Shown one piece after another: positions 48,758 through 62,783 of a DNA stretch of 64,000 bases. The notes beneath the pieces are model-generated. The model was not told the DNA's origin, did not search any database, and saw only the letters and a program-made list of their open reading frames with translations. Within the stretch, counting starts at the first letter, position 1. Every line of letters begins with the position of its first letter. A program made the translations under genes and the position numbers. Origin of the DNA: Lingula anatina (Eukaryota; Animalia; Brachiopoda); assembly GCA_051362555.1 (NCBI GenBank), contig CM120646.1:2852001-2916000 (forward strand), in the 5' to 3' direction.

Positions 48758-49037
48758 CTGCCCGTCCAGGTACACCAGGTAACCCAGGTTCCCCTTTCTC
48801 TCCCTTTTCACCATCTTCCCCCGGTTTTCCTCGCGGTCCTCTTATAGGCAGCCGGACAGCCGCGAGCCCGTCTTCATCCACAAGTGCCGAGTCACATCTC
48901 ACCTCGAGGTTGCAAGCCCCGGATGCAGCGATGTCGTCCCTCAAGCGCCGCCTTTTGTTCGGGTCTCGGTTGTGCCTGGTGGCCGTCACGTGAGTGAGAG
49001 TTAGAAGTATACAAAGGCTCAGCACTTCTACCTGCAT
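48758..49037 (-). CDS. Collagen-containing C1q-like protein, coding exon 1 (signal peptide, Cys pair, Gly-X-Y)
   Basis: MQVEVLSLCILLTLTHVTA signal-like; KRRRLR; CNLEVRC; GPRGKPGEDGEKGEKGEPGLPGVPGRAG; donor G|gtaaac. The three exons join to 230 aa. An acceptor lies 4 nt before the ATG. Confidence 0.92.
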
Positions 49038-49108
49038 TTTACTGAAAGAAAGGAAAAAGATTAAGACGGGTCATGGTACTGGTGCTCCCAGTTCTGTCAG
49101 TAAACTAA

Positions 49109-49359
49109 GGGCTCATTCCCAATAGAAGCACCTTTAGATAACAGATCGATCCAACTCCGAGGGGACTCTCGCTGAGTGCAATCAAATTAAAAGATTAACA
49201 CGCCTCTTCCTGGCGTTGATTAAAATACAGAAAAGTTGGTGATTGTGACAACATGTTGGAAACAAGGCAAGGGTGTAATTGAGTTAATGTGATTGGATTC
49301 AGCGAGAGTCCCCGTGGAGTTGGATCGAACTACCTAGTGCAATAGTTTCAGACGCACCC
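49109..49359. mobile_element. Harbinger-like MITE in the intron upstream of the C1q coding exon
   Basis: Inner IR cgatccaactcc..ggggactctcgctga / tcagcgagagtcccc..ggagttggatcg; GGG...CCC ends; TAA on the left flank. Confidence 0.55.
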
Positions 49360-50121
49360 AAAGTAACCCAGAAAACGCTCACACGGAAAAGATATCTTCA
49401 CTGAGAAGACACAAAATATATTTTAATTAACAAATTTTGCTGTTCTGCAAATCTCCATCTTACAGTGATTTTTCCTGCGCATCATTAATATCAAGAGAAA
49501 AAAAAGAGATGAGGGAAAGGCATCAAGGTCGCCATTAATTATTTACCCGACTGATATATAGAGACATTATTGTTGGCCGTAATTGGCAATATTAGTCATT
49601 GAGATGATTACAGATCGATGATGCGAATAAGACTTTACGTATCTTTAATGCAATGTAGAGACCGGTTCTTTTGAAGTATACCAAAATACCGTACAATAAT
49701 TGAGTACCTTATGGAATTAAAAAGAGACCAAAAATGTGGAGGTGAAAACGTACCACAGACTTATAATGTAAAACACACAGATCAATTGTGCCTAAATCAG
49801 GCTAAAACGTCTTTATATAAAACTGGTTGTTCATAATGTGATCATATAATGTTCCTGGACACTGTTGGTCTCCAGCCAAAGTATGGTCATTTTGCTGGTG
49901 ACGTCATAGGCCTATCCGTTTAAATCTCTAACAACGTTGGCCTACACCAATTTTCAATAGACTTATGTAAAAAAGATTCCCTACCACCGGATTAAAGGTT
50001 TTATCAAAATTCTACCGAGTTATTAATTTTTCATACCTGTCGGTTAACTGATGAGCTTATATCTTCATTCACAAGTTTTTTCTTTTCTTACAATTCCAAT
50101 GTTTCACATATCTCTCGATTT

Positions 50122-50438
50122 CAGGCCTACCCAACTACCAGACTCGGCACCGAATGATCCTGAATTCACCGGTAAATCGGACCACACTACCCGTTTTCAA
50201 GGTGTGTATCAGTACGCATTTCACAGTATCAGACGCGACACCGCTCTTGCCTAGTACGCGAAGTGATAGTGACGATTCTCAGCGGGGTTGAAAAGCATTG
50301 CATCACCGCTCAAAATTTGTTCAGGGTATGATACTGTGTAATGCGATCTGACACACACCTTGAAAACGGGTAGTGTGGTCTGATCTACCGGTGAATTCAG
50401 GATCATTCGGTGCCGAGTCTGGTAGTTGGGTAGGCCTG
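50122..50438. mobile_element. Young MITE with ~110-bp TIRs and a 5-bp TSD
   Basis: caggcctacccaactaccagactcggcaccgaatgatcctgaattcaccggta is perfectly inverted at the right end; GATTT at 50117-21 and 50439-43. Confidence 0.9.
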
Positions 50439-51221
50439 GATTTACCTTTAGCCGCAGTTATCCCTTAAAAGGCACTTAAAAATGTCGTCTGATGCAAAAA
50501 CAAAGGACCAGTTATTGCTTTTGTAATTGAACAATGATGGACGGAGACCCTACCATTGGCAAAACAAACAGGCAAGGGGGTATACAACGCACTGGCAGAC
50601 GATCTTTGTAGCAGTTAGGCACCTTTATTCTGTTCAGACATACAAGTACATGTACAGTGTAGTGTATGTTTGAAAATCACCCAAGAAAATAATCGATCTG
50701 AGTTCACACGTGCACGGAATTCAATCCCTACCCTAAATATAAATAGAGAAACAAAGGAACTGACAATGAAAAGCTTCTAATATATTTTGTAAACAGGTTT
50801 TTTCTCCAGTTGCTTTAACAAGCGGTGCGTTTGGCACTGTGGCTTCGGCTTTATCAGAAGAACCATGTGCTATGAACATTGTCTTTTAATTGGTGCTTCT
50901 TAAGGTGTGGATTTTATAATTTTTTCCACATTTTTTCTCCCTTTCCTAGCTCTCTTTCTATTTTCAAGAAGAACGCAGCCTTGAAATTATCAAAAATTAT
51001 CTTTGTACAATTTTACATTAAGGCTCTAACGCACTGACAGAGTAACGATAAATAAACGATTTAACAAAATAAATAAAATAATTTAACATGCCTCAGGTAC
51101 TTAACATGGACAACAGACAATAACAGAAGAACTAAATATCGCTGCAATATAAACGAACTTAGATTAAATTTGGATGGCACCAAAATAATGTTACACAGAT
51201 CATAGTCAATATTGTACTTAC

Positions 51222-51405
51222 AGTAACCGCTTAACTTTAAGTCGACCGTGAGAACAGCTTCGAAAGGAGCAAAGAAGTCTGCGCTATTTGCTCCACTCGC
51301 ACATACTACTTGATAACGGTCGGATAGCCAGTAATCACTTAAAACCTCTCTTGGTGTACTGACGTGAGATAGATAGAAGCAGTTTAATTCTATTTTGACG
51401 TGATG
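51222..51405 (-). promoter_or_regulatory. Candidate non-coding first exon/promoter of the C1q-like gene
   Basis: Donor-like ACT|gtaagt at 51221-51216; two tgacgt CRE-like sites near 51360 and 51396. The acceptor before the ATG requires an upstream exon. Confidence 0.3.
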
Positions 51406-54400
51406 TTAATAAGAAACGTCTATAGGCGACAAGATAATGGCAAATTAAATTCGATTTTCGTTTACGACTTGGGTTGGTTGGTTACTTGTTTGCCATTTCC
51501 ACGTCTATTACAAGATTATTCTTTCGTTCACTTCTTTAAACTGCAGATATACGAGACACTGTTAGACTCAATAGTTGATAAAAGTGGCACATTCACACAC
51601 CCTTATAAGGACCGTATTTCAATTAACCCAATTGCAATGTTCGGCCAAAAAAATTGACAATATACCTTCGCAACAAATAACAAAAACATGTACGTGAGGC
51701 CGTGCATCCATTTGGGACCGATTCTGTTGTGATTTTCCCCGAAAAAAATGCATAAAAGATTTATTTATTATTCTGTCTACAATTGAATTGCCAGTGCATC
51801 CTAAGACAAAAGAAAACCAAAACAGATTATGTACAGTAAGAGAGTTCTGTTCTCGCACCGCGGAGAGTCGCTTTCTTGGTGCTTGGCGTGCAAAAAGGCA
51901 ACCAAACCAAGAGAGCAGTTGTTAAGAACCACTTAAAGACTAATGCTACCAGTACTCGGTGGCACTTAAGGAACGCAGCAGGACACAGAGCATGTACGCG
52001 GTCGGCAATCAGGGCTTAGAAACACTCACCCTGAGTTTCGATGAATTGGCAGTGACATTGTTTCCGACAAGTGCTATATATCTATTGTCCGTTTAACTCT
52101 GAAACCTAGGGTAAAAAGACACCACTGGGAGGACAAATGGCGGAACGCCCTGTCTGAATAAACAGCGGGTCGCTCAAAAAGACAGAATGATTCAATTTTA
52201 ACATAAACTGATGTCAAAAAGACAACTACAAAATTTAATTTAAAAGACAGTTGGAAAAGAAATAAAATGGCTTGTATTGTTAACATTTAGGTTAAAAAGA
52301 GAAAGGTATTGATCGGGTATCTTTTTCCGCCCTCCAGTCTTCCGCCAAAACCAGTTTTTTAAGTTAACGCTATTAGAAGCAGCCAGCGTGGCCTACCACA
52401 GTGGCTGGTGCTTCATTTGTGATCGCTTTATTTTGGAACGCTCTTTGCATGCTTATGCTGCTTTTTGTGAATGCGAGTGTGTGCGTACGTATGTTCCAGC
52501 GAGCCTGTTTGATTGTGTTTTCGTGTGTGTGCGTGCTTTTGAGTGTCTGTACATTGGAACTGTTTTTATCAACGGTTATCAAAAATTGATTGTTGATCAT
52601 CTTGGTGTTTTCATTCGTTCGTGGAGGGGGGGGGGCATAGTATATTTGCAAGCTTCCATGTCGCTGCGTAGCAAACAATACACGGTGCTCGGCCAAATCT
52701 CAGTTAAGTCAACGATTGATGCTAAAAGTTGGTCAGTTGCTGTGTGAATTCTGCCTCTTTTGCTTGTGCGTATGATTCAGATAAATCCGTAATACCTTCC
52801 TGATAATTCTATTAAGAAAATTTTACCATTAACCAAACTTAAAAATACAAGGCTACCTTTGAGTTATCGTGCAAGGTGGACCACCGCTGAGCTGGCGCAT
52901 TCTTGTTTTCATGACGCAATTTAACCTTTATCTATGCAGGTCTGTTATTGAAAATTTGAACGTCCATTTACTTTAGATCTACAATACATGCGCATTACTG
53001 GTTGATAAAAGATTCAGCAGGTAGCTCAATTTTTATCTCCAGTTCTTTAAAAAAAGCCCCTACGAGTAGGAGGCCACAATTTGCAGCTGTAAAAGCAAGT
53101 ATAGAATGTAGAAGCGTTCACACAAGGTTAATCTTTAGAAACTGTTCCTGTTCAGATAGTGGTTTAAGCTAGACCAGGTCATGGAAACTACTTGAGTTTA
53201 AACCCAACATTACCTATTTTTATCAGAAGCATGTCTCGTTAAATCAATTTGCTAAAACGGCAATAGAAAAAAAAACGATGGTTGATTATTTTGTCTATTG
53301 GCAACACTGAGGAACAAGCAAGGTTGAATGAAGCCTCACGTGAACATAACTTGAGATAATAAACACTGATTAAGGCAACTGCATATCTCTATACTCCGAA
53401 ATGTGTATTGGATATGTCACATTGCTGCAACTTGGAGTGTTTTATGTTGATAGAAATCGGTAAATCAGAAGTTATTCTGTCTGTGGAGAGGAATATTTCC
53501 TTATCAAGGAGGATCATCGGTTGCCTAAATGCTTCGTCTAGAAACCAATATGAAATAAATAAATGTATAAATAAATAAATGAATATATAAATAAATAAAT
53601 AAATAGATAAATAAATATTTCCATTCTCTTATACTTACTGAAGGTATTTTAAAACAAATATAAATAAATAAAAAGATATATGGTCTTTTTGTTTTTGTTT
53701 GTTTGTTTCCTTGTTTGTTTATTTTATTAACAGTAGTACCTTTGTTAAAACGCACATAGGCTTGTAGACAGCATTTCACATTGGATTCTTTTTATGAAAA
53801 GTGGACATTTTTACCTACCGACTTGAAAATGGCATAGAATCTGGTTCAAATTTTGATGCAAAGTTGGCATTTCCCGGTCGAAAGGGCTATTCTTTCTACC
53901 CTCACCCTCACCCCCTCCCCACCCCTCGCTTCCAGGCCTGGCATAGATGCTTAGATCACAATAACTCAAGATCAGTCAGTCACGGTGCAGCTGGTAAATT
54001 GAGCAAATCAGACCTAGATACAGCACAAATCGGCAAGATGTATGTATCGGTGCCCTTCCAGTGGCTGTTTGCATTTCAACCGCCTCATTCGCTTCATTTT
54101 CACGAAAGATGAGCAACAGATAACAAAAATAACAAAACCAATTGACCACGCGCTCGCGTCAACTGAAATTAATTACACAGATTTGCCTCCAGCTTCGTTT
54201 TATCACCTCGCACTGCATTTCAGGGGGAATGTTCGTCCTTGGTTTACCAGAGAATAATTGTCCCAAGACGACGGACAGGCGCTGTACATTAAATCGTCTT
54301 GGTGCCAAGGGAACATCGCGGAACAGAAAATCGAATGGAATCTCTGACCCTGCGTCATTCTTGGATATAATAAAATGTCCATATCGATGCTAATCGTATA

Positions 54401-55493
54401 TCTTCGTGAGGTTTCCTTTTCTTGGGATGTTTCCTTGGGCTTTCTTGGGATATCACAGAAATTAATTGAATGCTCTGGTCGAATATGTTTGTCTGATGTG
54501 TTTCCTTTATTAGACTAGCAAAATATCTTTGCTGTCATTGCTTGCTTTTCGCTTTGTGCCTTTAAAATTATTATTTCATTTTTTTCTATTCATTTCACCA
54601 TTGCTGCTGGAATGATTATTTAAACGATGTTTAATCTATCGACCTGTCAAACAAGATGTCCTTAATTACTGCCTTTATCGTTTTCCAACTTTCATCATGC
54701 TGCGAATGCTTCAAGAAGTTTGAAGTTTGACGTGGAATTAAAGTTCATGGAAAGGGGAGGGGTAGGTGCGAGAAGGGGGGGGGGAAATATACAGTTCGTG
54801 GAGGGGATGGGTTGGGGTGGGGTGGGTGGTATTGGAGGAAGTAGGATCGGAAAGGGAGGGCTGAAAACGTCCCTCATCTCTAGATGTCCTAATGCCCCTG
54901 TGATGCTTACGTGTAAATTAAAATAAAAACAATACAGAAAACTACTGAAATCAGATCTCCATCATCTTTTCTATTTTCTATATTTTACATTGCTGTGTAT
55001 AGGATAATTCTCTCTTAATGACTACCTACGTAACGTACCAACGACATCAACAACATAAATATAACCTTCATTTTGGAACCAAGTGACGCCAATGACGGGA
55101 ACATTTATCAACTCAAAAGTTTTCATTTACGTGGAAGCAAGGGGAAAGGGCAGCGGGACAATTAAATGGCGCCTTCTTCAAACACCCGGAACCGCATTTT
55201 TCGTTCTTGGTCTGCAGCCCAGGAACAAAGAAGTCGTTTTATTCTTCTCTGTTCTAATGTTGATGCATGTATGTATAACCCCGTAGGTAGCTCAAAATGC
55301 AATGTGATGTTTTGTTCGTCATCAACAGTGTTTGGACTTACTGTGTGATTATACAATCATTTGTAAAGCATATTTAAGGGAAAAAACGGCACTGCTGGGC
55401 ATCTTCTACTAAATCCTATATCTGAATGTAAAAAATGTCAGCTCAGCAGGCACCCGTCGAGATTTCCATTCTTATACTGGAAGATTCTTCATA

Positions 55494-55515
55494 ACTCTCT
55501 CTCTCTCTCTCTCTC

Positions 55516-55602
<87 letters not shown>
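55494..55602. repeat. Compound (CT)n-(GT)n-(GA)n microsatellite
   Basis: Visible in sequence. Confidence 0.9.
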
Positions 55603-55603
<1 letters not shown>

Positions 55604-56096
55604 GAGTTATATAACGTATATGCGTATTTGTTACTGTGCATGTGAAGACGCAAACAACTTGCTCATACGTTTCAGATGACATTTCCGAAATCACAATATC
55701 CACTGTAAATTCTAATGTGCGTGAGATAGCTCACAGAAGTCAATAACTTTGCTATTTTTCCAAGTAATGAACCAAAAAGTACAAGTGTTATTGACTACAA
55801 AATGCGGCCAATAATTCATTTTTGTGCTGAAAGCATGTAATTTGTTCAGATTGCTCAAAATGTTAATGGAAGCATTGCTTGGTGTAAAACCAGCACTTCA
55901 CGACCATCGCCGACCTTCTTTCCAAGATGGCCGCCAAAGATATGTAAGTATCTATAAGTGTTCAATATAAATTCAATATTTAACGAAGAAAATATTCAGT
56001 GTCATAAAATACTCCACTTTCCCCCCAAAATACAACATAAAATTAGTGTTAACTATTAATAGACAATAAAAGTTTAAGGATGGTGGTAATCGTTAT

Positions 56097-56098
<2 letters not shown>

Positions 56099-56156
<58 letters not shown>
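56099..56156. repeat. Poly(A) run (~58 nt)
   Basis: Visible homopolymer. Confidence 0.9.
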
Positions 56157-56158
<2 letters not shown>

Positions 56159-57031
56159 GTTTGCGCATATGCGTATTGTTACTTTATTTTGCCAAAGAAA
56201 AAATTCAATTGACCAAATTGCCTGCGATTTGAAAGTATGTTAAGAGAACCAAGACTGAGCCCTGATAATCATTTGTGCAAGGTGGCTGCCAAAAACTATT
56301 AATACCAAATAAAAGTTAGGTGTGGTATTATGTTATTACTTATATGTGTCTCTTTCAAACCAACTTGTCAGAACCTTTGAACCTTTGGACCTGTGGACCC
56401 CCCCCCCAAAAAAAAAAAATCTAGAAACCCACGTTTGAATACAGTGTTTTAAATTGATTTACGAGAATGGTCTTTGTAAGAAAATATACAAAACAGCTTT
56501 GTACCTGTCGTTGATTTACTATCAGATTTATAGTCGCCTGTGTGTTACCAGTCCTCACCATAACGGGTCACCCTGTAATCAATCAAACTAACTACCAATT
56601 GACCATCTTATGATATACCAAAGCAGCCTGGAAGAGGGTCTGGTATAATGATAATGTGGAAGTGGGTTTTTATAAAACTCTGAATCACAGGGTGCACTTG
56701 TCACAAAATAAGTCTAATTGAAAACGGATCTATTCCGTATTTGGAGCCCAAGAGACGCCATTCCGGGGGGAATTCACATCGATTGGTAGCGTTTCTGAGC
56801 CACTGCTTATAAAACGCACCCAAAGGGTTGTATTTACGCAGACGATTGGCTACCTTGTGGACATACTGGGGAAGGGTTTAAAATTCCGGCCAATTTAGAC
56901 TGTGGACAATAGGGGATAACTAGGGGTTAAATTAGACCGTGTTCGACTTAAAGACTTTCCAGACTGACATATGTAGGGTTTATTAACTTCAAACCAAAAA
57001 TACCCTTTCTCTCTCTCTCTCCCTCAACCCC

Positions 57032-57085
<54 letters not shown>

Positions 57086-57509
57086 CCTGGCTGGAGAATA
57101 TGGTGCATTTTAAAGTTTGGGGCATTTTGTAGTAGTTCTGCTCAGTCTTTTTCACTGCTAGATAAGAGAGGGGGTAAGTCCACCATTTTAATTTAGAAGA
57201 GTTGGGGGGTGGGAGGCAAACCTCTCTTGTAACGGTAGATCATATTCCATTCAGACAAACTAGGAACGAATCGTAAATCACATAGGTCGTTTCTTGCCTT
57301 CAATTACGGCATGTAGCTTTATGAAGATCAATTATTTAGGGTAATATTGGCCAACGCAACAGGCGCCATTAGACATAAATTGATTCTAACTAAACGACGT
57401 CATCAAAACAGCTTCTATTTGCTAAAAAGTGGTCGAGAATAGCATGAATTCGGTCGAAAATAGTTTCCAAGCATTGTAGAGGTACATGAACCGTTCAAAG
57501 CAAGCTCCA

Positions 57510-57510
<1 letters not shown>

Positions 57511-57598
<88 letters not shown>
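57511..57598. repeat. (TA)n microsatellite
   Basis: Visible in sequence. Confidence 0.95.
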
Positions 57599-57602
<4 letters not shown>

Positions 57603-59388
57603 TATTTTTTTAATTTTATTTTTGGTTGTGCTTCCTTTATGATGTCTTGGGTGAAGCAATATTCCGTGACCAGTCTTTTTAAGGCCACAAAATTCGACCT
57701 ACGTGTCAAATTGCTTGGCTTTGCTACTTGTCGTTTATTATACATTTTTTGGGGGGTGGGGGGGGCAGATCTAGGATTATTTGAAGCGGGGTCCGAGGAT
57801 GCGAAAACATCACAGACTGAGAACCTTCAATTTGTATATAAGCTTTAGTTTAAAAGACCATCTTACTTGTATGTGGTCTACGCTTTTGAAACTGAGGTGA
57901 ATAAACAGAAGGTGGCGCCAAACAGGTTTCCTGTGATTGGACATCGCAACCACAAAATGAACTGAGATAGTACGTAATACTTATACAAATTACCACATTG
58001 AATAGGCCTGGCATAAGAATATAAAGGAATTTTTTCTTATTTTTTCGTTTTTGTTTTCTTGTTTACAGCATAATGGATGCATCCCCCTATACATCAATAT
58101 CGATGTAATGAAAGTTCAGTTTTGGAGAAGTCTGCGAGCAATTAATGACACGTGAAAGATGATATTTCTGCCGTATCACAAGTAGTGGCTGGTTCATTTC
58201 TAGGCAGTCGACAATAAAAATATCCATTTTCGATTTATTTCATTTTCTTATCATTGTGGAGCATCACACAGGTCTTAGCAGTAGATGCTGCAAATTTGGT
58301 TCTAAGTTGATAACTGTTGGGGAAAATCCTTTGAAACTACTTAAAAAACAGCCATCAAAAGGCAAAGAAACCACCATAAGATATCATCAGAAAAGTAAAA
58401 AATAAGTGCATGTTTGAAAAATAAACCAAAATGAGCTTTGTCAGAATGTTTTGAAAGAATACTAGAACATCTTGCTACGGATTTAAAATATGTGAAGAAA
58501 TAAAACTCGCACGAATTTTCCATACTGAAGAGCATACAATGACATGTTGGTTTACTGGTGCTTTTAACTTTGATGGAATACTCAACAACAATCAAGTCAA
58601 AATGAAGGCCCATTGAAATGTACAGTTTACTCAATCTGGTAAAAACCACCCGCGATGAACGCCAGAGATGCGGTAGAAGACGGCAAATGGTGGCTGGAGG
58701 CAAAGGTAACGATTAGCCATTTAATGGGAACCTGTGTAGGTTACGTATAAACTATTTAAATGTACAGACGCACTTGTGTAAACAATCGTTACAGTTTTTA
58801 AAAGCCTCTAGTGTTGCCTTCACTTCTTGCAGCAATCGCTGGCTGCTTTGGTGAAATGTTATGTCATCACATAGACAATTTCAATTTTAAAAAAGATATC
58901 AATTTTGACTCCAAACTCGTAGTGATATTTTGTCGGTGCGTAAAAAGTTTGAACACTTTTTATTTTATTTTATCACTAAATTGAATGCTTTTTTTGTAAT
59001 ATATTGTGCTATATAACCACAACAGCCACGTATTCAATAAATTAAACTATCTTCATAAAATTGGGTTTTCCCTGATTGAAGATACGAGTACATGGCCTTT
59101 TTTTAAATGGTTTAATGCATAACACATATTAACATGATGCATATCCTCCGGTATGACGCGCACATGAGCGTGTGTATCCTTCCATCTTAATCTGCCTTTC
59201 TTAAAATGAATAGCATCAATGCAAACGCAATATTGTACAATGTAAGGCTGACATACTGGTACCAAAACCTTTTAACTACTTTGTCCGCTTAGTAAGCCTA
59301 ACGCATCATACTTAGTGCGTCAATGTCTGTAATACAGCGTTAAAGAATTCATATCTGTAGCTATGTACATGTAAATACCTGCACGTCA

Positions 59389-60085
59389 CCAAGCCAACAC
59401 ACCCTGCATGCTGTGGTTGCAGTGGATAAATGGGAACACCAGTTGACTTAGTCAACATTGGCTTCGCGGACTATCCATGGACTCACTTGGGTTACAAGCG
59501 GGTCATAGTAATGTATAACACCAGTTCTCTCTCCCCCCCCCCCCTACACACACACACACACACCCCATCCGCCGACCAAGTCTGGAAGCAGCTGTACAAG
59601 GTCAGTCAAAATTAAACCCGCGTGGAATCCATGACCAAATCCTATTAGGATCAGTGTGGAACCCATAACCAATCCATATGTGGATCCCATGAATAAAATC
59701 AGTTTGGGAACCATGTCAAACCATGATCAATCCCCACTGGGGCATCTTTGGGGCCCCTGACTTGTCCCTTTTGGAACCCCTCTGGAACCCATGACCAAAA
59801 CCAACCAGACACTTGGGATCCTTCCCTTGTGTGAAAACGAGGTCATGAAGGTCAAGGTCAGAAATGCTATGTCGTTCTAGATGACTGGCCAGCCCGAACC
59901 TGACCTGCCCCATTTGTAACCCCTTTGAAATCATGGACCAATAACGCCTGGGGCCCATTTGGAATGCAAGTCCAAACCCCACTGAAACCAAAGCGTTGTC
60001 CCCAAGTGGGCTGGCTGGCAAAGGAAGCTCAATATCATTTATAATTACATTAAGTAACACCTTTCATGTTTTTGTGGCTGCTGGG
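59389..60085. mobile_element. Degenerate CMC/EnSpm-like non-autonomous element
   Basis: Right end gtggctgctggg (reverse complement CCCAGCAGCCAC); multiple tggaacccatgaccaa-like subterminal repeats; left end only weakly similar. Confidence 0.35.
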
Positions 60086-60166
60086 TAAAAGTCACATAAT
60101 CCTTGATGCTGATTATTTGTTTACAACGTAGATTTCATCATGGACTATATCATGTCATTTTACATA

Positions 60167-60729
60167 AAACTATAAAAGCTCTCAGAAAACGCAGAGCCCC
60201 GAGAGTCTGCTCAATGCTCATTATAAGTAATTTATTATTGATTAACTATTCAATTAGCTTTAGTCTCATTATTATCAATTGATTAATAACCTAATTACTT
60301 AATTACCACCAAAATATAGATAATTCCATATGCAAGCTATTAATTTCATCAAAATCCATCCATAACGTGTTTTGAACAATGTTGCTATCAGATAGACAAA
60401 CTGATTCGTTAAAGGGATAATCGCCAAAATTCAAGCGTTTGGTACTTCGTCGCCTTCCGACATTTCCAGAAAAAAAATTAAAATCCGTCCACAACTTTTG
60501 TATTATGTTGCTAACAAACAGAGAAATGGTTAACTCATAATTAAGCAATAGTTCTTAAATGGATCACCACCAGTTTCTGAGCGTTTCTCACTTGGTCCAC
60601 TCTCGACAGTTTCTGAAAATCTATTCTAAATCCGTTCACAGCTTTTACCAGGATGTTCCTAGCAGACAAACAGATAAACGGAGGCAAAAAGTAAATAAAT
60701 AAATAAATAAATTTCCTTGGCAAAGGGAA
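60167..60729 (-). mobile_element. Old HINE-like element of a third family
   Basis: Three diverged repeats (aaatcc.t.ca.a.c.t.t...atgtt.cta.ca.a), acaaacagataaac microsatellite, and degenerate terminal strings ctctcagaaaacgcagag and ttccttggcaaagggaa. Confidence 0.4.
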
Positions 60730-61624
60730 TTTTAAATGCATGAATAGATTTAATAAAACGTGGGGAATATCTATAAAAACAACTTTCTTATTACTATTTA
60801 TGTGACATTTTCCTGTTTTTAGTAAAGGAATCACATTGACAAAAGTCGTCCAACACATTTTATGTTGTCTGAAGTAAATGAACCAACCATATGTTTTTGG
60901 CTTTATATTATAGCCAAAGATGTCTCGTTTTTGTCCCTTACCCCCCTTACTTTTGTCCCTTTTCTCACAGTGTATCAATGTACCACTTACGTCATTGCCC
61001 ATGTGCGAACTCGGAATCCTTTCCTCTTCTCCATCATGACGGTTTTTCTCCCTTTTGTAGAAATAAATATTAATTATCAATAGTCAGCATGAAGTCAAAA
61101 AAATTCTGCAATGAGGAAGACACGTACTTAAACCACTTGTCACCGAGGCGTCCAGTAAAGCACGGGCAATTCGAGCGTGTCTTTACACCGTGAACCGTTC
61201 AAATGTTTGTTCACACTATGCTGTAAGAATTTGTTCCGTCGCCGTTCAACTTTCCACGGATCAATATCAGAGCATCGTTTCTCAGGGACACGTTTCTCCG
61301 CAACCAAGCTACCGTTCTGGCTAAAATATCTAACCGCTTCTGTGCGTGTCCTGAATTGCTGATTACCTTAAACGCACAGGAATATGTTCTTGCTGATAAA
61401 TATCAGTGTTCTGAGATTTAAGAGAGGCAAGAGCGTTTCTCCACGGGTGGCCCTAGTTTACATATCTGCTCATTACGCACGCGGAGTGAGTTGGTGAGGT
61501 GCAGTGCGTTTACTAATTTTAGAGCGATTTACGCCAACGAGTACTTTTTGAATTAACCCTCAGGTGCAAACCTGCTGCTGACCAGTTAATTATGTACGAG
61601 GTGATGATTATCGAGATACCTGAA

Positions 61625-61627
<3 letters not shown>

Positions 61628-61666
<39 letters not shown>
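61628..61666. repeat. (GA)n microsatellite
   Basis: Visible in sequence. Confidence 0.95.
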
Positions 61667-61669
<3 letters not shown>

Positions 61670-62639
61670 TAAGCAGGAAGTTATATAAAATGACATCTTA
61701 TCAGCAGATAAATAAACATGATGAACATACTTTTTGGAATTGTAGAAAAGATTTCACTTATTAACAATGATTTAACTTTCCACATACAACAATGAATTTG
61801 TCATGCATGACTGCAATCCAAATTATAAGGAATTGAAAATTTTAAATCATTGATAATAAACAAAATGACAGTAATTCATAAATTTATTAACTGTGATAAC
61901 AAATGAAATATCATATACATTTCAACTTTTCATAATTAGGCAAGCTTTGAGATGTTTGTTTCTTTTTAAATTCTATGTTTTTTAGAGAGCGCGCTACTAA
62001 CAACTTATATTGCATAACTGCACATGACAATCTTCAGACTATTTACATATCATGAAAATAGCATAATTCTTTGTGCATGTACAAAAAGCTTCAGCACTTT
62101 GAAAAGAGTGTTTTGCACCTTTGTCCAAATGTGTCTGTGCTTTATCTGGCATTTCTCAGTACCAGCTATAATGAAAGCTTTTTTTCTTATCTGAGCCACA
62201 TAACCGTTAATTCCAATGATGAAAATTCCCAGCAATTATACCATATAATTATTCAAATCTATTCTTCTCTGATACATGATTACTTCATCACATGATTGAA
62301 TTCAATTTTTTTTTTCAATTCAAGAGAATAGTTGATCTTGGAAACTGCTGGGAAATAAGAAGAAAACTTTAAGTTGGAATTTTGCCCACAGCCTATATTT
62401 CCACTTCAAGGGAGATCTGCAAGTGCTGATGCCTGATATTTCAGTCCAACTTCAAATCCAAGACTACCCAGAATTGAAATTTTTGTTTCCTGTTAAAACC
62501 CAGTGTCTGTTTCTTACATTTTTTCCCTATTAAAAATCCCTCAGTTCTTCAATCCGTATTTCTAGTCATAACCAAATTGCTGAATTCAGATGTCAGACAT
62601 TTCCGATCCAATCCAATGCAGTACTGAATGTAAAGGTGC

Positions 62640-62783
62640 TTATATTTTAAACTGTTTTAATTCCTCTGGCGTTTCATAGGTCGGAGTGGCGTCCTCCCAA
62701 AAGCCATCTTCTGGCTGGTATCCAGGGATGGGCGGGGAGTGTTTGGGTCCTTTGAAGGTGTACGGTGTCAACGTCTTGTCAGG
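62640..62783 (-). CDS. MRPL40: Mitochondrial ribosomal protein mL40, last coding exon
   Basis: Acceptor ttttcag|CCT; PDKTLTPYTFKGPKHSPPIPGYQPEDGFWEDATPTY...*, resembling the MRPL40 C-terminus as recalled (GPxxTPPIPNYQPPEG). AATAAA on the minus strand at 61883-88. Absent from the ORF track. Confidence 0.85.
   Translation of the reverse strand, partial: PDKTLTPYTFKGPKHSPPIPGYQPEDGFWEDATPTYETPEELKQFKI

Noticed and set aside
56099-56156. Poly(A) as a retrocopy/SINE tail
   Set aside because: No TSD, Pol III boxes or upstream coding similarity visible.
60541-61080. 179-aa minus ORF
   Set aside because: Runs through low-complexity and degenerate repeat sequence with no domain signal.
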